From Octopus sinensis (lineage: Eukaryota), in contig NC_042997.1 in assembly GCF_006345805.1 (NCBI RefSeq), forward strand, positions 192,200,001 through 192,264,000: a stretch of DNA of 64,000 bases, given 5' to 3'. The position numbers were made by a program, and so were the translations under genes. Within the stretch, counting starts at the first letter, position 1. Each line of letters starts with the position of its first letter. Shown piece after piece: positions 1 to 12,614 of the stretch. The notes beneath the pieces are model-generated. The model was given only the letters and a program-made list of their open reading frames with translations. It had not been told where the DNA came from and made no database searches.

Positions 1-140
1 TACTAGATGTTCCCCAAAAATCAGCTGGATTTTCCCAAACCACACCCTGCTGTCTAATAAAAAGAAGGATGCTTTAAATAATGTCTAAAATAAACAAAAG
101 TATATAAATAAAATGAAGAATAAAAAAAAAAACCAAAAAC

Positions 141-507
141 AGGCGCAGGAGTGGCTGTGTGGTAAGTAGCTTGCTTACCAACCACATGGTTCCGGGTTCA
201 GTCCCACTGCTTGGCATCTTGGGCAAGTGTCTTCTGCTATAGCCTCGGGCCGACCAATGCCTTGTGAGTGGATTTGGTAGATGGAAACTGAAAGAAGCCT
301 GTCATGTGTGTATGTTTGTGTGTCTGTGTTTGTCCCCCTAGCATTGCTTGACAACCGATGCTGGTGTGTTTATGTCCCCGTTACTTAGCGGTTCGGCAAA
401 AGAGACTGATAGAATAAGTACTGGGCTTACAAAAGAATAAGTCCCGGGGTCGAGTTGCTCGATTAAAGGCGGTGCTCCAGCATGGTCGCAGTCAAATGAC
501 TGAAACA
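141..507 (+). mobile_element. tRNA-derived SINE, family A (full-length representative)
   Basis: Pol III A-box-like TGGCTGTGTGG and B-box-like GGTTCAGTCCC, internal TG microsatellite, 3' GACTGAAACA. The same sequence recurs >20 times in the window in both orientations. Confidence 0.85.
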
Positions 508-629
508 TTAATTTTTTATTAATTTGCTGTACAGGCAAATTAATAAAATATATACATACAATATTAGATATGTACATATATATGTGTATATATGTACATA
601 TCTACTTTTGTATGTATATATTATATATA

Positions 630-2190
630 TCTCTCTATATATAAAACTGAGAATGTGTGTCTGTCTGTCTGTCTGTGAGATTCCTAAAACTTGAGAACTA
701 CACAACCAATTTCATTCAAATTTTACACATGCCTTACTTAGGGTCCATGTAGTTTCATGGGCAAAAAAAATGTTCCACTTCTTGCCTAGGGCGAGCCCAT
801 AGCAATATCATATCTTCTACACGTTAAAAGTGAAACAAAAACATTTCTCTATTTTATGTCAGATACTTTCACTTTAACAATAAAAATTAGAGATAATAAT
901 AACAATTGAATTATATGTAGTAAGTAATAATTAAAATCAAACTAAAGTATAATATAATAATTAAATCGTAACATAACAATTAAAAGTAAAAATTGGTATA
1001 AAATTTGAATCAATGACTTGAACTTGAATAAGTGGTTTCACATGAATGGGAATAAATTAAAAATAAAATTAGTGTGCAGAAATGGAATAGTCCAGATGGA
1101 GCTGTGCACATACCCTTTACCACGGCTTTTACATTAGATTATCTGCTAATTAGCTAGCATTAAGTATCTATATGAAGTTTGGCTGTATGTAATGTCTGTT
1201 TTCTCGAACAGCCACTTCTACTGAGTACTGCTGTTGGTTTATTTCTTATACATAAAGGACTGTAGCTTCAACTGCGTACTGCTTTTTGATTCACCGTAAG
1301 GTTTGTTATTATTATTACTGTTTAACTATTGTTATCACGTTTGTTGGTTCCTCGTAAGGGAAACGTTGTTGTGTTGCATTTGTTAAATAATTGTAACCCG
1401 TAACCCTCCCCCTTTGGGAGAAGGAGCTTTGGTTATTATTTAAAAATTGAAATGCGTCCCTGTTTGGGGAAATTGACTATATTTTTACCGTTTATACGGA
1501 AGCATTTTTGTTAAAATGCCTTCGATAGAAGAAAGTCCAAAAATGAATTTCGATGCAGCCGTCGGCGGGCGCAAACTCATTAAAATTAAAATGGAAGAAA
1601 TACAAACCTATTTCGGATTGATCACCGACAAAGATGGTGAATCTAGGATAACACCACCAAACAAAATAAAAAATTAAATTAAAGAAAAGACTATTGTCTA
1701 TAAAGTATACAATGTAGAGAAAAAAAAAGATTTGAACATCTGGTGCGACTATGAAAGATATCAAGTATCTAACCAGAGGCGGTAAATTCGCCACCATAGA
1801 AAGCAAGGTTCGAGTCAACGGAGCGTGCAAGAGAGTACTCGACTCGAACCTTGCAAAGTGGAAATATTTTATTTTTACCTTAATATCTGGGACGTAGGAC
1901 GTCCCGGATAAAAATTAGAAATGTCCCCCCAGAAGTAGAAGTAGGCTGGATTGTAGCCACTCTTCTATACAAGAGGGAGGACAAGATACAATTGATTGAA
2001 ATTGCAAGAGACGAGCCTACAATTCCAGTCTGTTATATATTTTGAGTATTGTTATCACTAGCGATATCAAGATATAACTTTGTATTTTGTATTTTATGTG
2101 TAGATGTATATATATAGATGTACATGTAATATGTACACATATATACAGATATATACATGCACTAGCACTATGACCCGGCAACGCCGGGTC
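630..2190 (+). mobile_element. Non-autonomous Helitron with internal cargo
   Basis: 5' A|TCTCTCTATATATAAAA; 3' hairpin ATGACCCGGCAACGCCGGGTCAT then CTAG|T; inserted between A and T, no TSD. The 3' end is shared with 6021-6388. Confidence 0.75.
1516..2043 (+). pseudogene. Disrupted ORF remnant inside the Helitron, possibly LINE ORF1 (Tx1/L1-like)
   Basis: GC-richer block. Pieces in different frames read MPSIEESPKMNFDAAVGGRKLIK..., DIKYLTRGGKFATIESKVRVNG... and RIKIRNVPPEVEVGWIVATLL; the last resembles LINE ORF1 RRM-like regions. Contains stops and frameshifts. Confidence 0.35.
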
Positions 2191-2370
2191 ATAACGCTAG
2201 TATATATATATATATATATAATTTGGGAAAACAAAATTCCAAATCAATCAGGTGCAACCCTTCAACATTATATGCATCTACATATCGTACTTTGGGGTTT
2301 TATTTATCGCATATTCATTTATTTATCTATAAATATACAAAGTATCTGATAAAAGTTAATATTAAATCAA

Positions 2371-2638
2371 TTTTGGGGGATTAATTGATATGTGGGTATT
2401 TAATTTCAGATAATACAAAAATAACTTAACGAGTATATCTGAAAGAAAAAACTCATGGTATCAGTTTGCACATCATGAAATAACACTTAAAGGATATAAC
2501 CTAAATTTCCAGCAATGTCCTTTAAGTATTATTTCGTGATATGCAAACTGATACCATGAGTTTACTGTCAGATATACTCATTTGGTTATTTTTGTATTAT
2601 CTGAAATAGAACACCTACATATCAAGAAATCCCTAAAA
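2371..2638. mobile_element. Fold-back palindrome / MITE
   Basis: ~120-bp imperfect inverted arms (TGATATGTGGGTATTTAATTTCAGATAATACAAAAATAAC... vs its reverse complement) around a ~23-nt spacer. Confidence 0.75.
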
Positions 2639-2648
2639 CTTGAATTAT

Positions 2649-2701
<53 letters not shown>

Positions 2702-2702
2702 A

Positions 2703-2840
2703 AGGCAAATTTGTTGTTGAAAATGCTCCTAAATTTGAAAAACTTGTAATTGTTTAAAATTAATAAATGTAAATAAATTCCTTGTAAACAATTACAAGTT
2801 TTACAAATTTAGGGGTGCATTTTCAACAACAAATTTGCCT
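2703..2840. mobile_element. Fold-back MITE
   Basis: ~55-bp inverted arms AGGCAAATTTGTTGTTGAAAATGC... / ...GCATTTTCAACAACAAATTTGCCT. Confidence 0.75.
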
Positions 2841-2899
2841 ATATTTTTTCCTGCTTGGGAAACACACTCTCTCTTTTGATATATATATACACACACATA

Positions 2900-3056
2900 C
2901 AGGGTGTCCAAAAAGTTTCACCTGATTCTTATTTTGAAGACTATTGCAGATCTTTCAATTAATTTTATTGTATAGAACAATGATAACTACGAATGAAACA
3001 ATGTAAAATTTAAAAAAAAATAATAAAAAATTGGGTGAAATTTTCTGGGTGCCCTG
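2900..3056. mobile_element. Tc1/mariner-type MITE
   Basis: TA|CAGGGTGTCCAAAAAGTTTCACC ... GGTGAAATTTTCTGGGTGCCCTG, imperfect ~23-bp TIRs. Confidence 0.65.
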
Positions 3057-3122
3057 TGTGTATGTATATATATATGTTTAGAGTGTACTTCATTTTCAGA
3101 TTTATGATATATTGACAATATG

Positions 3123-3154
<32 letters not shown>

Positions 3155-3158
3155 CATA

Positions 3159-3198
<40 letters not shown>

Positions 3199-3199
<1 letters not shown>

Positions 3200-3578
3200 T
3201 CTTTTATTCTTTTATTCTTTTATTTGCTTCAGTCATTTGACTGCGGCCATGCTGGAGTTCCACCCTTAGTCAAACAAATCGACCCAGGTCTTATTCTTTG
3301 TAAGCCTAATACTTATCTTTTGCTGAACTGCCAAGTTACAGGGACATAAACACACCAGTATCAGTTGTCAAGCAATGTTGTGGGGGAAGCCTGTTGTGTA
3401 TATATATATATATACGACAGGCTTCTTTCAGTTTCTGTCTACCAAATGCATTCACAAGGCTTTGGTTGGCCTGAGGCTATAGTAGAAGACACTTACCCAA
3501 GGTGCCATGCAGTAGGAATGAACCCGGAACCATGTCGTTGGTAAGCAAGCTACTTACCACACAGCCACTCCTGCACCT
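3199..3578 (-). mobile_element. SINE family A
   Basis: Reverse-strand match to 141-507 with (TTTTATTC)n tail. Confidence 0.85.
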
Positions 3579-3583
3579 ATATA

Positions 3584-3648
<65 letters not shown>

Positions 3649-4001
3649 TATGTAACTACTTGAACTTTGGGTTATATGTCTATTAGCATGCTGATTAAAG
3701 TACATTCACCATGTGGGCTACCCGATGTTATTCAAGTAACAGTATAATTTTCATTGGATCTTCATCACAAAATCTGCAGTACTTCATCAATTATATGTGT
3801 ATGTATATATATATATATCCTCTCTGTTAGGAAGCACTATCATTTACACACATGACAGAAACTTTCGCCAACCAAATTCAGTCATAAAGTTTCGGTCAGC
3901 CTGAGGCTATGAGGCTATAGCAGAAGGCACTTACCCAAGGTACCGTGCAGTGGGACTGAACCCAAAATCCTGTGGGTGGAAAGCAAGCTTCCTGACTACA
4001 C

Positions 4002-4037
<36 letters not shown>

Positions 4038-4512
4038 GGCTTCTTTCAGTTTCTGTCTACCAAATCCACTCAAGGCTTCAGTTAGCCAGAGGCTATAGTG
4101 GGAAACACTTGCCCAAGGTGCCATGAAGTGGAACTGAACCCAGAACCATGTGGTTGGGAAGCTAGCTTCTTACCACACAACCACTCTATGCCGAAATATT
4201 TGGTTAGCGTGACAAATATGAATTGCGTGAAAGGCCCCATTCTAAGTAATTGCCTGTAGATTAGAGAACAGGAGAGAGGGTTTGTACCCTTGATGATAAG
4301 TGTAATCCTGGATTTGTGGGGTTGCTTAAATGGCCCTTGTTGGAGTTTCTCCTGCATCAGGAAGACTGTATCATTTATGTTATCATATACTTTATATATT
4401 TTGTGTACTTTCATAAGCATTTCACTGTCTTTTCCTTTTCTTTCTCCCCATCCTTTATGTAAATCCCCACACAAATTGTTTTTCTGTCCTTGTAATGTCC
4501 ACTCATCTATGC

Positions 4513-4513
4513 C

Positions 4514-4599
<86 letters not shown>

Positions 4600-4616
4600 T
4601 ATTATTATTATTATTA
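4513..4616. repeat. (ATT)n microsatellite
   Basis: Near-perfect trinucleotide run; source of the poly-Y/I/L ORF. Confidence 0.95.
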
Positions 4617-4776
4617 AAAAAGGTGACAAGCTGGCAGAACCATTAGCATGCTGGGTGAAATGCTTAGCGGTATTTCGTCTGTCGCTATGTTCTGAGTTCA
4701 AATTCCGCTGAGGTCAACTTTGCCTTTTATCCTTTTGGGGTCGATTTAATAAGTACCAGTTATGCACTGGGGTTAC

Positions 4777-4991
4777 TCTTTTACACTTTAACTTGTTTCA
4801 GTCATTTGACTGCGGCCTTGCTGGAGCACCACTTTTAGTCGAGCAAATCGACCCCAGGACTTATTCTTTGTAAGCCTAGTACTTATTTCTATTGGTCTCT
4901 TTTGCCAAACCACTAAGTTACGGGGATGTAAACACACCAACATCTGTTGTCAAGCGATGTTGGGGGGACAAACACCAGATACACAAACATG

Positions 4992-5025
<34 letters not shown>

Positions 5026-5154
5026 TGTATATGTATAAAAAATACAAACGGGGACAAGAATGCAAAACATTTTGATGACGACACAAAAAACACGGACGGG
5101 ACATTCGAAGCCTTCAATCTTCAGTCAAGAACCGGATCATCCTTGCAATTTCAG

Positions 5155-5212
<58 letters not shown>

Positions 5213-5370
5213 TATACAACGGGTTTCTTTCAGTTTCTGTCTACCATATCTACTCACAAGGCTTTAGATGGCCCGAGGCTATAATAGAAGACACTTACCC
5301 AAGGTGCCACACAGTGGGATTGAACCCAGAACCATGTGGTTCGTAACCAAGCTACTTACCACACAGCACC
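4777..5370 (-). mobile_element. SINE family A interrupted at its internal microsatellite by a fragment of another repeat (5040-5160)
   Basis: 3' half at 4777-5000, 5' half at 5215-5370. The inserted piece (CATTCGAAGCCTT..TCTTCAGTCAAGAACCGGATCATCC) recurs at 15190-15360. Confidence 0.75.
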
Positions 5371-6020
5371 TCCTGCAATTGAATTAATCCCGTCCCCCAA
5401 ATTTGATACCTTGTGCTTCCAGTAGAAAGAATTATTATCATTATTGATGCAACTGACTTAACCCCTTCTCCAAAAAATGCCAGCGTTGCACCAAAATTCA
5501 AAGCCATTATTATTACCATTATTATTATTGTTGTTGTTGTTATTGTCATTATTATCTATATTCAGTTTTCCATATTTGCATTGGTGGAATTGTTTAATCA
5601 TTCAAACAATTGTTTTTCACAGTCGAATGCACATCCGACTACAAACTACAACAGCTGTAATGTATGGGTGTCACCTGTTTTATATGTATTTGCATTGTTT
5701 ACTCAAGTAAACTGGCACAAGAAAAATCAATGTTCTTTACTACAAAGCATTCGGCAATACATTACACTTGAGAATATTGGAGACATTACATATGGAAAAT
5801 ATAATTGGCACTCTGTGTTGGTTATGACGATGCATGCCCCAGTTGATTCGATCACCAGAATAACCTACTTGTGAAATTAATGTGGAAGTGGCTGTCCATC
5901 CTCAAACACATGCGATGTTAATGTAGTTTTCAGGGAGATTCAATGTTAGAGAATGTTATAAGGCTGGCCCATTAAAATACATGTACTATTAATTTTTGCC
6001 AACTGAATGGACACGAGTAA

Positions 6021-6388
6021 TCTCTCTATATATAAACAGCAAAATGTCTGTCTGTGTGTGTGTCCTTTATAGAAATCCACAATTTTTCAGTTAGAGGGCT
6101 CGCACTTTCTATGGTCATTCAAAACTGTCCAAGGGTGGTCGTCCACATCTTTACATTTCCCCAGTCACCCCGCAAAGCCATTAAAAAATCTATAGAAGTG
6201 ACTTTTTTGTGAAGTTTCTATCCAAAACCCAATCAAAATGCCCGAAACTTGATACGCCAATTGAATGCCAGCTAGCTATATGTGATTGGTTGGAGATTTG
6301 GACAGTACTCGCATGTATGTGTGCATGCACGCAGCTGTATATGCATGCACTAACACTATGACCCGGCAACGTCGAGTCATAGTGCAAG
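6021..6388 (+). mobile_element. Non-autonomous Helitron
   Basis: A|TCTCTCTATATATAAA start; 3' CACTATGACCCGGCAACGTCGAGTCATAGTGCAAG|T, homologous to 2141-2190. Confidence 0.7.
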
Positions 6389-6667
6389 TGTGAAATAAAG
6401 TGCCATACTCAAACACTTGTAAGTCAATTTGGTTGACAGAGGCCTCGAAGGAGAAGAACTGGTATCAGTGTGAGATCAAAGAACTAACAGAAAGGTGGCT
6501 TCAGTTGGTGCAACATGATGGCCTCTACTTTCAAAGCTAGGCTGCTTGTGTTGTAACTTGACCAATAAAGCAAATAAGTTACCAAAATATTGCAAAACTT
6601 TTGATTTGACTTATGATATATATATATATATACACACATGTATACATATAAAATCAAAATAAGCAAC

Positions 6668-7115
6668 AGGTGTAGGAGTGGCTGTGTGGTAAGTAGCTTG
6701 CTTACGAACCACACGGTTCTGGGTTCAGTCCCACTGTGTGGCACCTTTGGCAAGTGTCTTCTACTATAGCCTCGGGCCGACCAAAGCCTTGTGAGTGGAT
6801 TTGGTAGACGGAAACTGAAAGAAGCCCGTTGTATATATGTATACATACATATATATATATGTATACATATATACATACACACATATATATATGTATGTGT
6901 GTTTATATGTTTGTGTGTCTGTGTTTGTCCCCCCAACATCGCTTGACAACCAATGCTGGTGTGTTTACTTCTCTGTAACTCAGCGATTTGTCAAAACTGA
7001 TAGAATAAATACTAGGCTCACAAAGAATAAGTCCTGGCATCGATTTGCTCGACTAAAGGTTGTGCTCCAGCATGGCCACAGTCACATGACTGAAACAAGT
7101 AAAAGAGTAAAAGAG
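6668..7115 (+). mobile_element. SINE family A
   Basis: Full copy with (TA/CA) core and GTAAAAGA tail repeat. Confidence 0.85.
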
Positions 7116-8079
7116 GCTATCAAGAGGTGATGCAGTATGACTGTTTCAAGCAGCTCCATTTAATTGTACAATGCAATCATTACATCAGTTTAAATGCAGA
7201 GCTATCCTCAGCTGCATAAATAAATAGAATTTTTCAATCAGTTGGACACATTAATATAATTTTACTTAAATTCTCTAATTAAAGCAAGAAGAGGGTAAAA
7301 GTCCATGTTGCTACTAATGTAACTCAGAATATACTACACTTCTAAGAACTGTATGAAGTTTGTTAGGGTCATAGCTTGTAATGAACAGTGGTTCATTTTT
7401 AGTTTATTAGTTTTTTTTTTATCAACTACCAAATCTAAGGCTAGAGGACAGTGTCTGTTTAGAATGGATAGACAGAGTGAGTTGGCAGTTTATAGTTGGG
7501 CATGGTCATAGATATTGTCAGCATTTTAGGAAATGTGTAATTATCTATAAAGGAGGCTGGGTAGGGGAAGACCCTAAATCAAGATGTTAATTACCAGTTA
7601 AAGGGGCAAGATGCTAATAAAACCTATGATGTTAATACAGAGGAAATTATCATGGGGCACAATGGATGATTCTATATAAACAATATTGTTATGTTACATG
7701 AAGATAAAATTTAAGATTACTAGAAATCATATTATAACCAGAATAGATAAACTATGTATATATATCAATTTTCTACATTTGAAAGGGAAGATTACATAGA
7801 ATTAGTTTAGTATTCATTGCTGTGCAACAGGCGTATTTGTGTGGTGGTTTCTATAAAGATTGCTCTGGGTATTTACTTATGGAATACAGGGGCAATAAAT
7901 CATGCTATCTTCATATTAGTTATAAGCTAATGATCAGAAAAAATTCAGAAAAATAAGTTGTGCACAGATACATACACATATTTAATTATGAGCACACATG
8001 CACATATACACAAATATTTGTATAGAAAAATACACAAACATTTAGACAAATATTTGTACGTTAATTAGCTCCCCTATTT

Positions 8080-8450
8080 TCCAGTCCTTCCAAGCCTGTT
8101 TCTCTTCTCTAATAGTGCTGTCAATAACATTATTCCACTACCACGTTAATTTGGGTCGAGAGGGGACTTTGCACCATCCACAGATCTGATCTGTGGCCCT
8201 CAGCAAGTTGTCCCATAAAAACCTCCAGTTTTCTTCCACATTGTGTGAAGCTATATTCCGTCAAAGGCTTCAAGTAATACGTCTCTAAATCTTAAAGATT
8301 CACAGGATCTTTAAGCTTCCAGACCCTTCTCCTCCATGCTGGTCGTCTTCTGGCCATCCATTTAGCCCTGATCCTGAATTCGCTAACTACCAGTCTAAGT
8401 TGTGGGGTACATTCTTTGCCTGGGAAGGTTTTGGCATTTATAAGCATTTA
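8080..8450 (-). mobile_element. Degenerate RTE LINE fragment (endonuclease-RT linker)
   Basis: Collinear with 19850-20215 (e.g. GGGACTTTGCACCATCCACAGA...CTGTGGC). Confidence 0.7.
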
Positions 8451-8699
8451 TACCTCAGATTTCAGATAGAAAAATCTCAGAAAAATAGCAAACGATATGC
8501 CTCTGGGTGTTATTAGACAGTGCAAAACTGCAAATATTTCACTAAAATGTGGATATCTCTGTGTAGTTGGACATTGTTGTAAAACCAACCATTTCCAGCG
8601 TTTATTGCATTTTTCTGACTATGTGTAGCAATATTTAGGTCACAATATCTCCAATAATAATTGATGTAATAGGCTGAAATTTTGCATGTGTATTTGATA

Positions 8700-9000
8700 G
8701 TGGAGGTGCAATGGCCTAGTGGTTAGAACAGCGGACTCGTGGTTGTAGGAATGCGGTTTCAATTCCCAGACCAGGCATTGTGAGTGTTTATTGAGCGAAA
8801 GCTCCATGAGGATCTGGCAGGGGGTGGTGATCCCTGCTGTACTCTTTCACCACAACTTTCTCTCGCTCTTTCTTCTGTTGGCCTGCTAGCTTAGCCAGCA
8901 TGGTGGCGTCATTTGAAGGCTAAAACAATGCGAAGCGCATTGTAACCAGCAATGTGTAGCAACATCTGATAGCCTGGTCGGTCATGGTGATCACAGTGAT
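8700..9000 (+). mobile_element. tRNA-derived SINE, family D
   Basis: A-box TGGCCTAGTGGTTAG and B-box-like GGTTTCAATTCCC; head shared with 39756. Confidence 0.75.
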
Positions 9001-9567
9001 TAATTTGATACTTGCCTAGATGCTGTTCTAGTGTGATTAGGTACACTTCATTTGCTCATCTTCAGAGACACTTGAATGCAATTACCCAGGGGTCAAAAAT
9101 ACTTGAACGGCTGCATATGGCTATGAGCGACCCCACAACAAAATCTAGGCCAACCTCATTACTGTCTTTGATTCAACATTTAGTCTGTACCCCAATCTGT
9201 TGGCATTCCAAGTTAAAGCATACTATCTTTGATAGTCTGGTAGAAAAATTGACCTAAAATAAGGGTATGTTTGCCTTGTTGGTCATTTTAAATTTATAAT
9301 TAGGTCATGAATAGATAAGGTGGAAATTTGAATATTATGTTTTTTGATAGAACTGACATTGTTCTTAATGTATGTCATATTTGGCTTGCCTGGGTTCTAT
9401 TCCTGCTGAGTGCGAGCATCTTCAATTTAGGGGTGTTTTCTTATGTCTGAGGTGTTAGTCTTGTCTTAATACATTGTTTGTGTTACGTCCATATGATTGT
9501 TTGTTTTTTGTGTTTTTCTTTACCTCTGTGTTTTCTTTAATTGACTACATGCACCCTACCTCCCACA

Positions 9568-9790
9568 CAAGTGGGTTCTGAAATTTTCCTGGTTTTGGAT
9601 GAAATAAAATACACACAGGAGGATCAGTTAATTATGATTTTTTTTTCACCATATTCCCCTCTCAGATTCACACACTTATTGCAGCAGTCCTTCAGTTTTT
9701 CTGACCCCTGTAAAAGAACTTGGAAGGTTGGGTCTCCAACCAGGCCTTTCCCAATACCATTAAAGCCAGGAACTTTTAAGAACTCCCTCA
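9568..9790. mobile_element. Mariner-type MITE with degenerate TIRs
   Basis: Right end AAAGCCAGGAACTTTTAAGAACTCCCTCA|TA; left end CAAGTGGGTTCTGAAATTTTCCTGGTTTT is its decayed inverse. Confidence 0.5.
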
Positions 9791-10065
9791 TATATGTACA
9801 CACACACACACACACACAAACAAACACACGTATTTATATGATGTGGAAAATATTCCGACAGCACTGCACAAATGATGTTGGCATCCACAATAAAATCCCA
9901 CCAGGGGCTCGATCCCTGTGCTTCTTCCTCCTCCTCCTCCTCATCATCATCATTTAACGTCCGCTTTCCATACTGACATGGGTTAGATGGTTTGACTGAG
10001 GTCTGGAGAGCCAGTGGCTGCACCAGACTCCAATCCGATCTGGCAATTTTTCTATTATTGAACAT

Positions 10066-12323
10066 TTATGGTGCATTTTAGAAAAACAAGTAAGGAGTCG
10101 ATATCCTCCACCATCATCACTACAAGAACTGGAGACTGTTTAGCTGAAGAATGGACAAAAATTCTTTGGAAATAATTCAAAACTTTGTACGAGTCCACAC
10201 CTTGTAGAATTCAAACTGTAATTACTGCCAAGGGTGGTCCTACCATCATCATCATCATCATCATCATCATCGTTTAGCGTCCGTTTTCCATGCTAGCATG
10301 GGTTGGACGGTTCTACTGGGGTCTGTGAAGCCAGAAGGCTTCATCAGGCCCAGTCAAATCTGAAAGTGTTTCTACGGCTGGATGCCCTTCCTAACGCCAA
10401 CCACTTCGTGAGTGTAGTGGGTGCTTTTTACGTGCCAACCGCACTGGTGCCAGACAGAGCTGGCAAACGGCCACGAACGGATGGTGCTTTTTATGTGCCA
10501 CCGGCACGAGGGCCAGGCAAGGCTGGCAACGGACACGAAACGGGGCGGTGCTGGCAACGGTCGCGAAACGGAAAGTTCTCTTACATGCCACCGGCACTGG
10601 TAACACATCTGCAATTTCCATTGATCGATTTCGATTCTGATCCTCACTTGCCTCAACGGGTCTTCACAAGCAGAGTTTCGACATGCCACCGGCACTGGTA
10701 GCACATCCGCAATTTCCATTGATCGATTTCGATTCTGATCCTCACTTGCCTCAACACGTCTTCACAAGTAGAGTTTTGTGTGTCCCAGAAGGGAAGGTAT
10801 GCATACGTAGGCTGGCTCTATCCCATGTAGAAGGCCACGGGTTATGGACTCACTTGTCCTGCCGGGTCTTCTCGCGCACAGCACACTTCCAGAGGTCTCG
10901 GTCTCTAGTCATTTCTTCAGTGAGACCTAAAGTTCGAAGGTCGTGCTTCACCACCTCGTCCAGGTTCCTGGGTCTGCCTCTTCCCAGGTTCCCTCAACCG
11001 CTAGGGTGTGGCACTTTTTCACAAACTATCTTCATCCATTCTCGCCACATGACCATACCAGCGCAAACGTCTCTCTTGCAACACCACAACTGATGCTTCT
11101 TAGGTCCAGCTTTCTCTCAAGGTACTTACACTGCCGAGTGTGAGTACCGGCATTACACATCCATCGGAGCATACTGCTTCATTTCTAGCGAGCTTACGCA
11201 TATCCAGCAGTCACGGCCCATGTTTCACTGTCATGTAGCATGGCTGTTCGTACACACGCATCATACAGTCTGCCTTTCACTCTGTGCGAGAGGCCTTTTG
11301 TCACCAGCAGAGGTAAGAGCTCTCTGAACTTTGCCCAAGCTATTCTTACTCTAGCAGTTACACTTTCAACACACCCGCCCCGCTGCTGACGACTGGTCAC
11401 CTAGGTAACGGAAACTATCAACTATTTCTAGTTTTTCTCCCTGGAAAGTGACGGAAGTTGGTCTCAGAGCATTTTCAGTGTTTATTGTTCCTGAGCATCT
11501 GCCACATACAAAAACCATCTTCCTAGTTAGCCTTCCTTTGACATTGCTGCATCTCTTATGTGTCCATAGCTTACACTTGGTGCATCTTATAGAGTTTCTA
11601 CCTACACCTTTTCTACAGATCGAGCAGGGCCATCTACCTGAAGGTGTTTGTGATTTGTCTACCTTCCTACTGATTACAACTTTGGTTTTAGCTAGATTGA
11701 CTCTGAGGCCCTTCGATTCTAATCCTTGTTCCACACTGAAACTTCTCCTCCAGTTCTGATAGCGACTCAGCAATTAGAGCAAGGTCATCAGCATAGAGGA
11801 GCTCCCAAGGGCATCCTGTCTTGAATTCCTCCGTTATTGCCTGGAGGACTATGATAAATAGGAGGGGGGCTGGTACTGAGCCTTGGTGACTCCTACCTCT
11901 ACCCGGAATTCTTCACTGTACTCATTTCCAACCCTCACCCTACTAGCGGCATCCCTATACATGGCCCGCACAGCTCTCACTAACCATTCATCTATCCCTA
12001 GTTTCCTCATTGCCCACCAGATAAGGGATCGGGGGACCCTGTCGAAGGCTTTCTCCATGTCAACAAAAGCCAGGTACAGGGCCTTATCTTTGGCTAGGTA
12101 TTTCTCCTGCAGCTGCCTTACCAGGAATATAGCATCAGTAGTACTTTTCCCTGGCACAAACCCAAACTGCATCTCATCTAAACTAACTCTCTCTCTAATT
12201 AGTTGGGCTATGACCCTCTCAGTAACCTTCATCAACTGGTCCAACAGCTTGATACCTCTGTACCATATTAAAATAAATTTGTTTGAAATTTTAAGGTGTT
12301 TCCATTATTTTGTCCAACCCCTG
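10066..12323 (+). mobile_element. Tc1-like transposon 3' remnant split by an RTE insertion
   Basis: 10066-10240 reads EHLWCILEKQVRSRYPPPSSLQELETVLAEEWTKI...RIQTVITAKGGP. It resumes after 12260 with CCATATTAA and a TIR (...CCATTATTTTGTCCAACCCCTG|TA) ending at 12323. Confidence 0.8.
10247..12260 (-). mobile_element. 5'-truncated RTE-clade LINE, frameshifted RT plus 3' UTR
   Basis: RT motifs QFGFVPGKSTTDAIF, FVDMEKAFDRVPR, ELLYADD (11784-11795), FRYLGD; C-terminal RGRP-like region; (GAT)n tail. TACCAT flanks both ends (10241-46, 12261-66). Confidence 0.93.
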
Positions 12324-12614
12324 TATATACGCTTTTACTCTTTTACTTGTTTCAGTCATACTGGAGCACCGCCTTTAGTTGAACAAATTGACCCCCCAAT
12401 TGTCTTTATGAATGGTGAATAATCTTTTCTACTCTAGGTACAAGGCCTGAAATTTTGGGGGAGGGGGTTAATCAATTAGATCAACCCCAGTATGCAACTG
12501 GTACTTAATTTATTGACCCAGAAAGGATGAAAGGCAAAGCTGACCTTGGCGAAATTTGAACTCAGAATGTAAAGACAGACAAAATACCTCTAAGCATTTC
12601 ACCCAACTTGCTAA

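Noticed and set aside
141-230. tRNA genes at SINE heads
   Set aside because: A and B boxes are present but there is no complete cloverleaf, and each continues into SINE body sequence.
5095-5160. CTGAAGA...GAA motif on the minus strand (also 15290-15350) as a hammerhead
   Set aside because: Reads GAAT instead of GAAA and no convincing stem I or stem II can be drawn in either copy.
5623-5662. Possible terminal exon (TTTTCACAG|..ECTSDYKLQQL*)
   Set aside because: Good acceptor but only about 12 codons, no recognisable homology and no partner exons.
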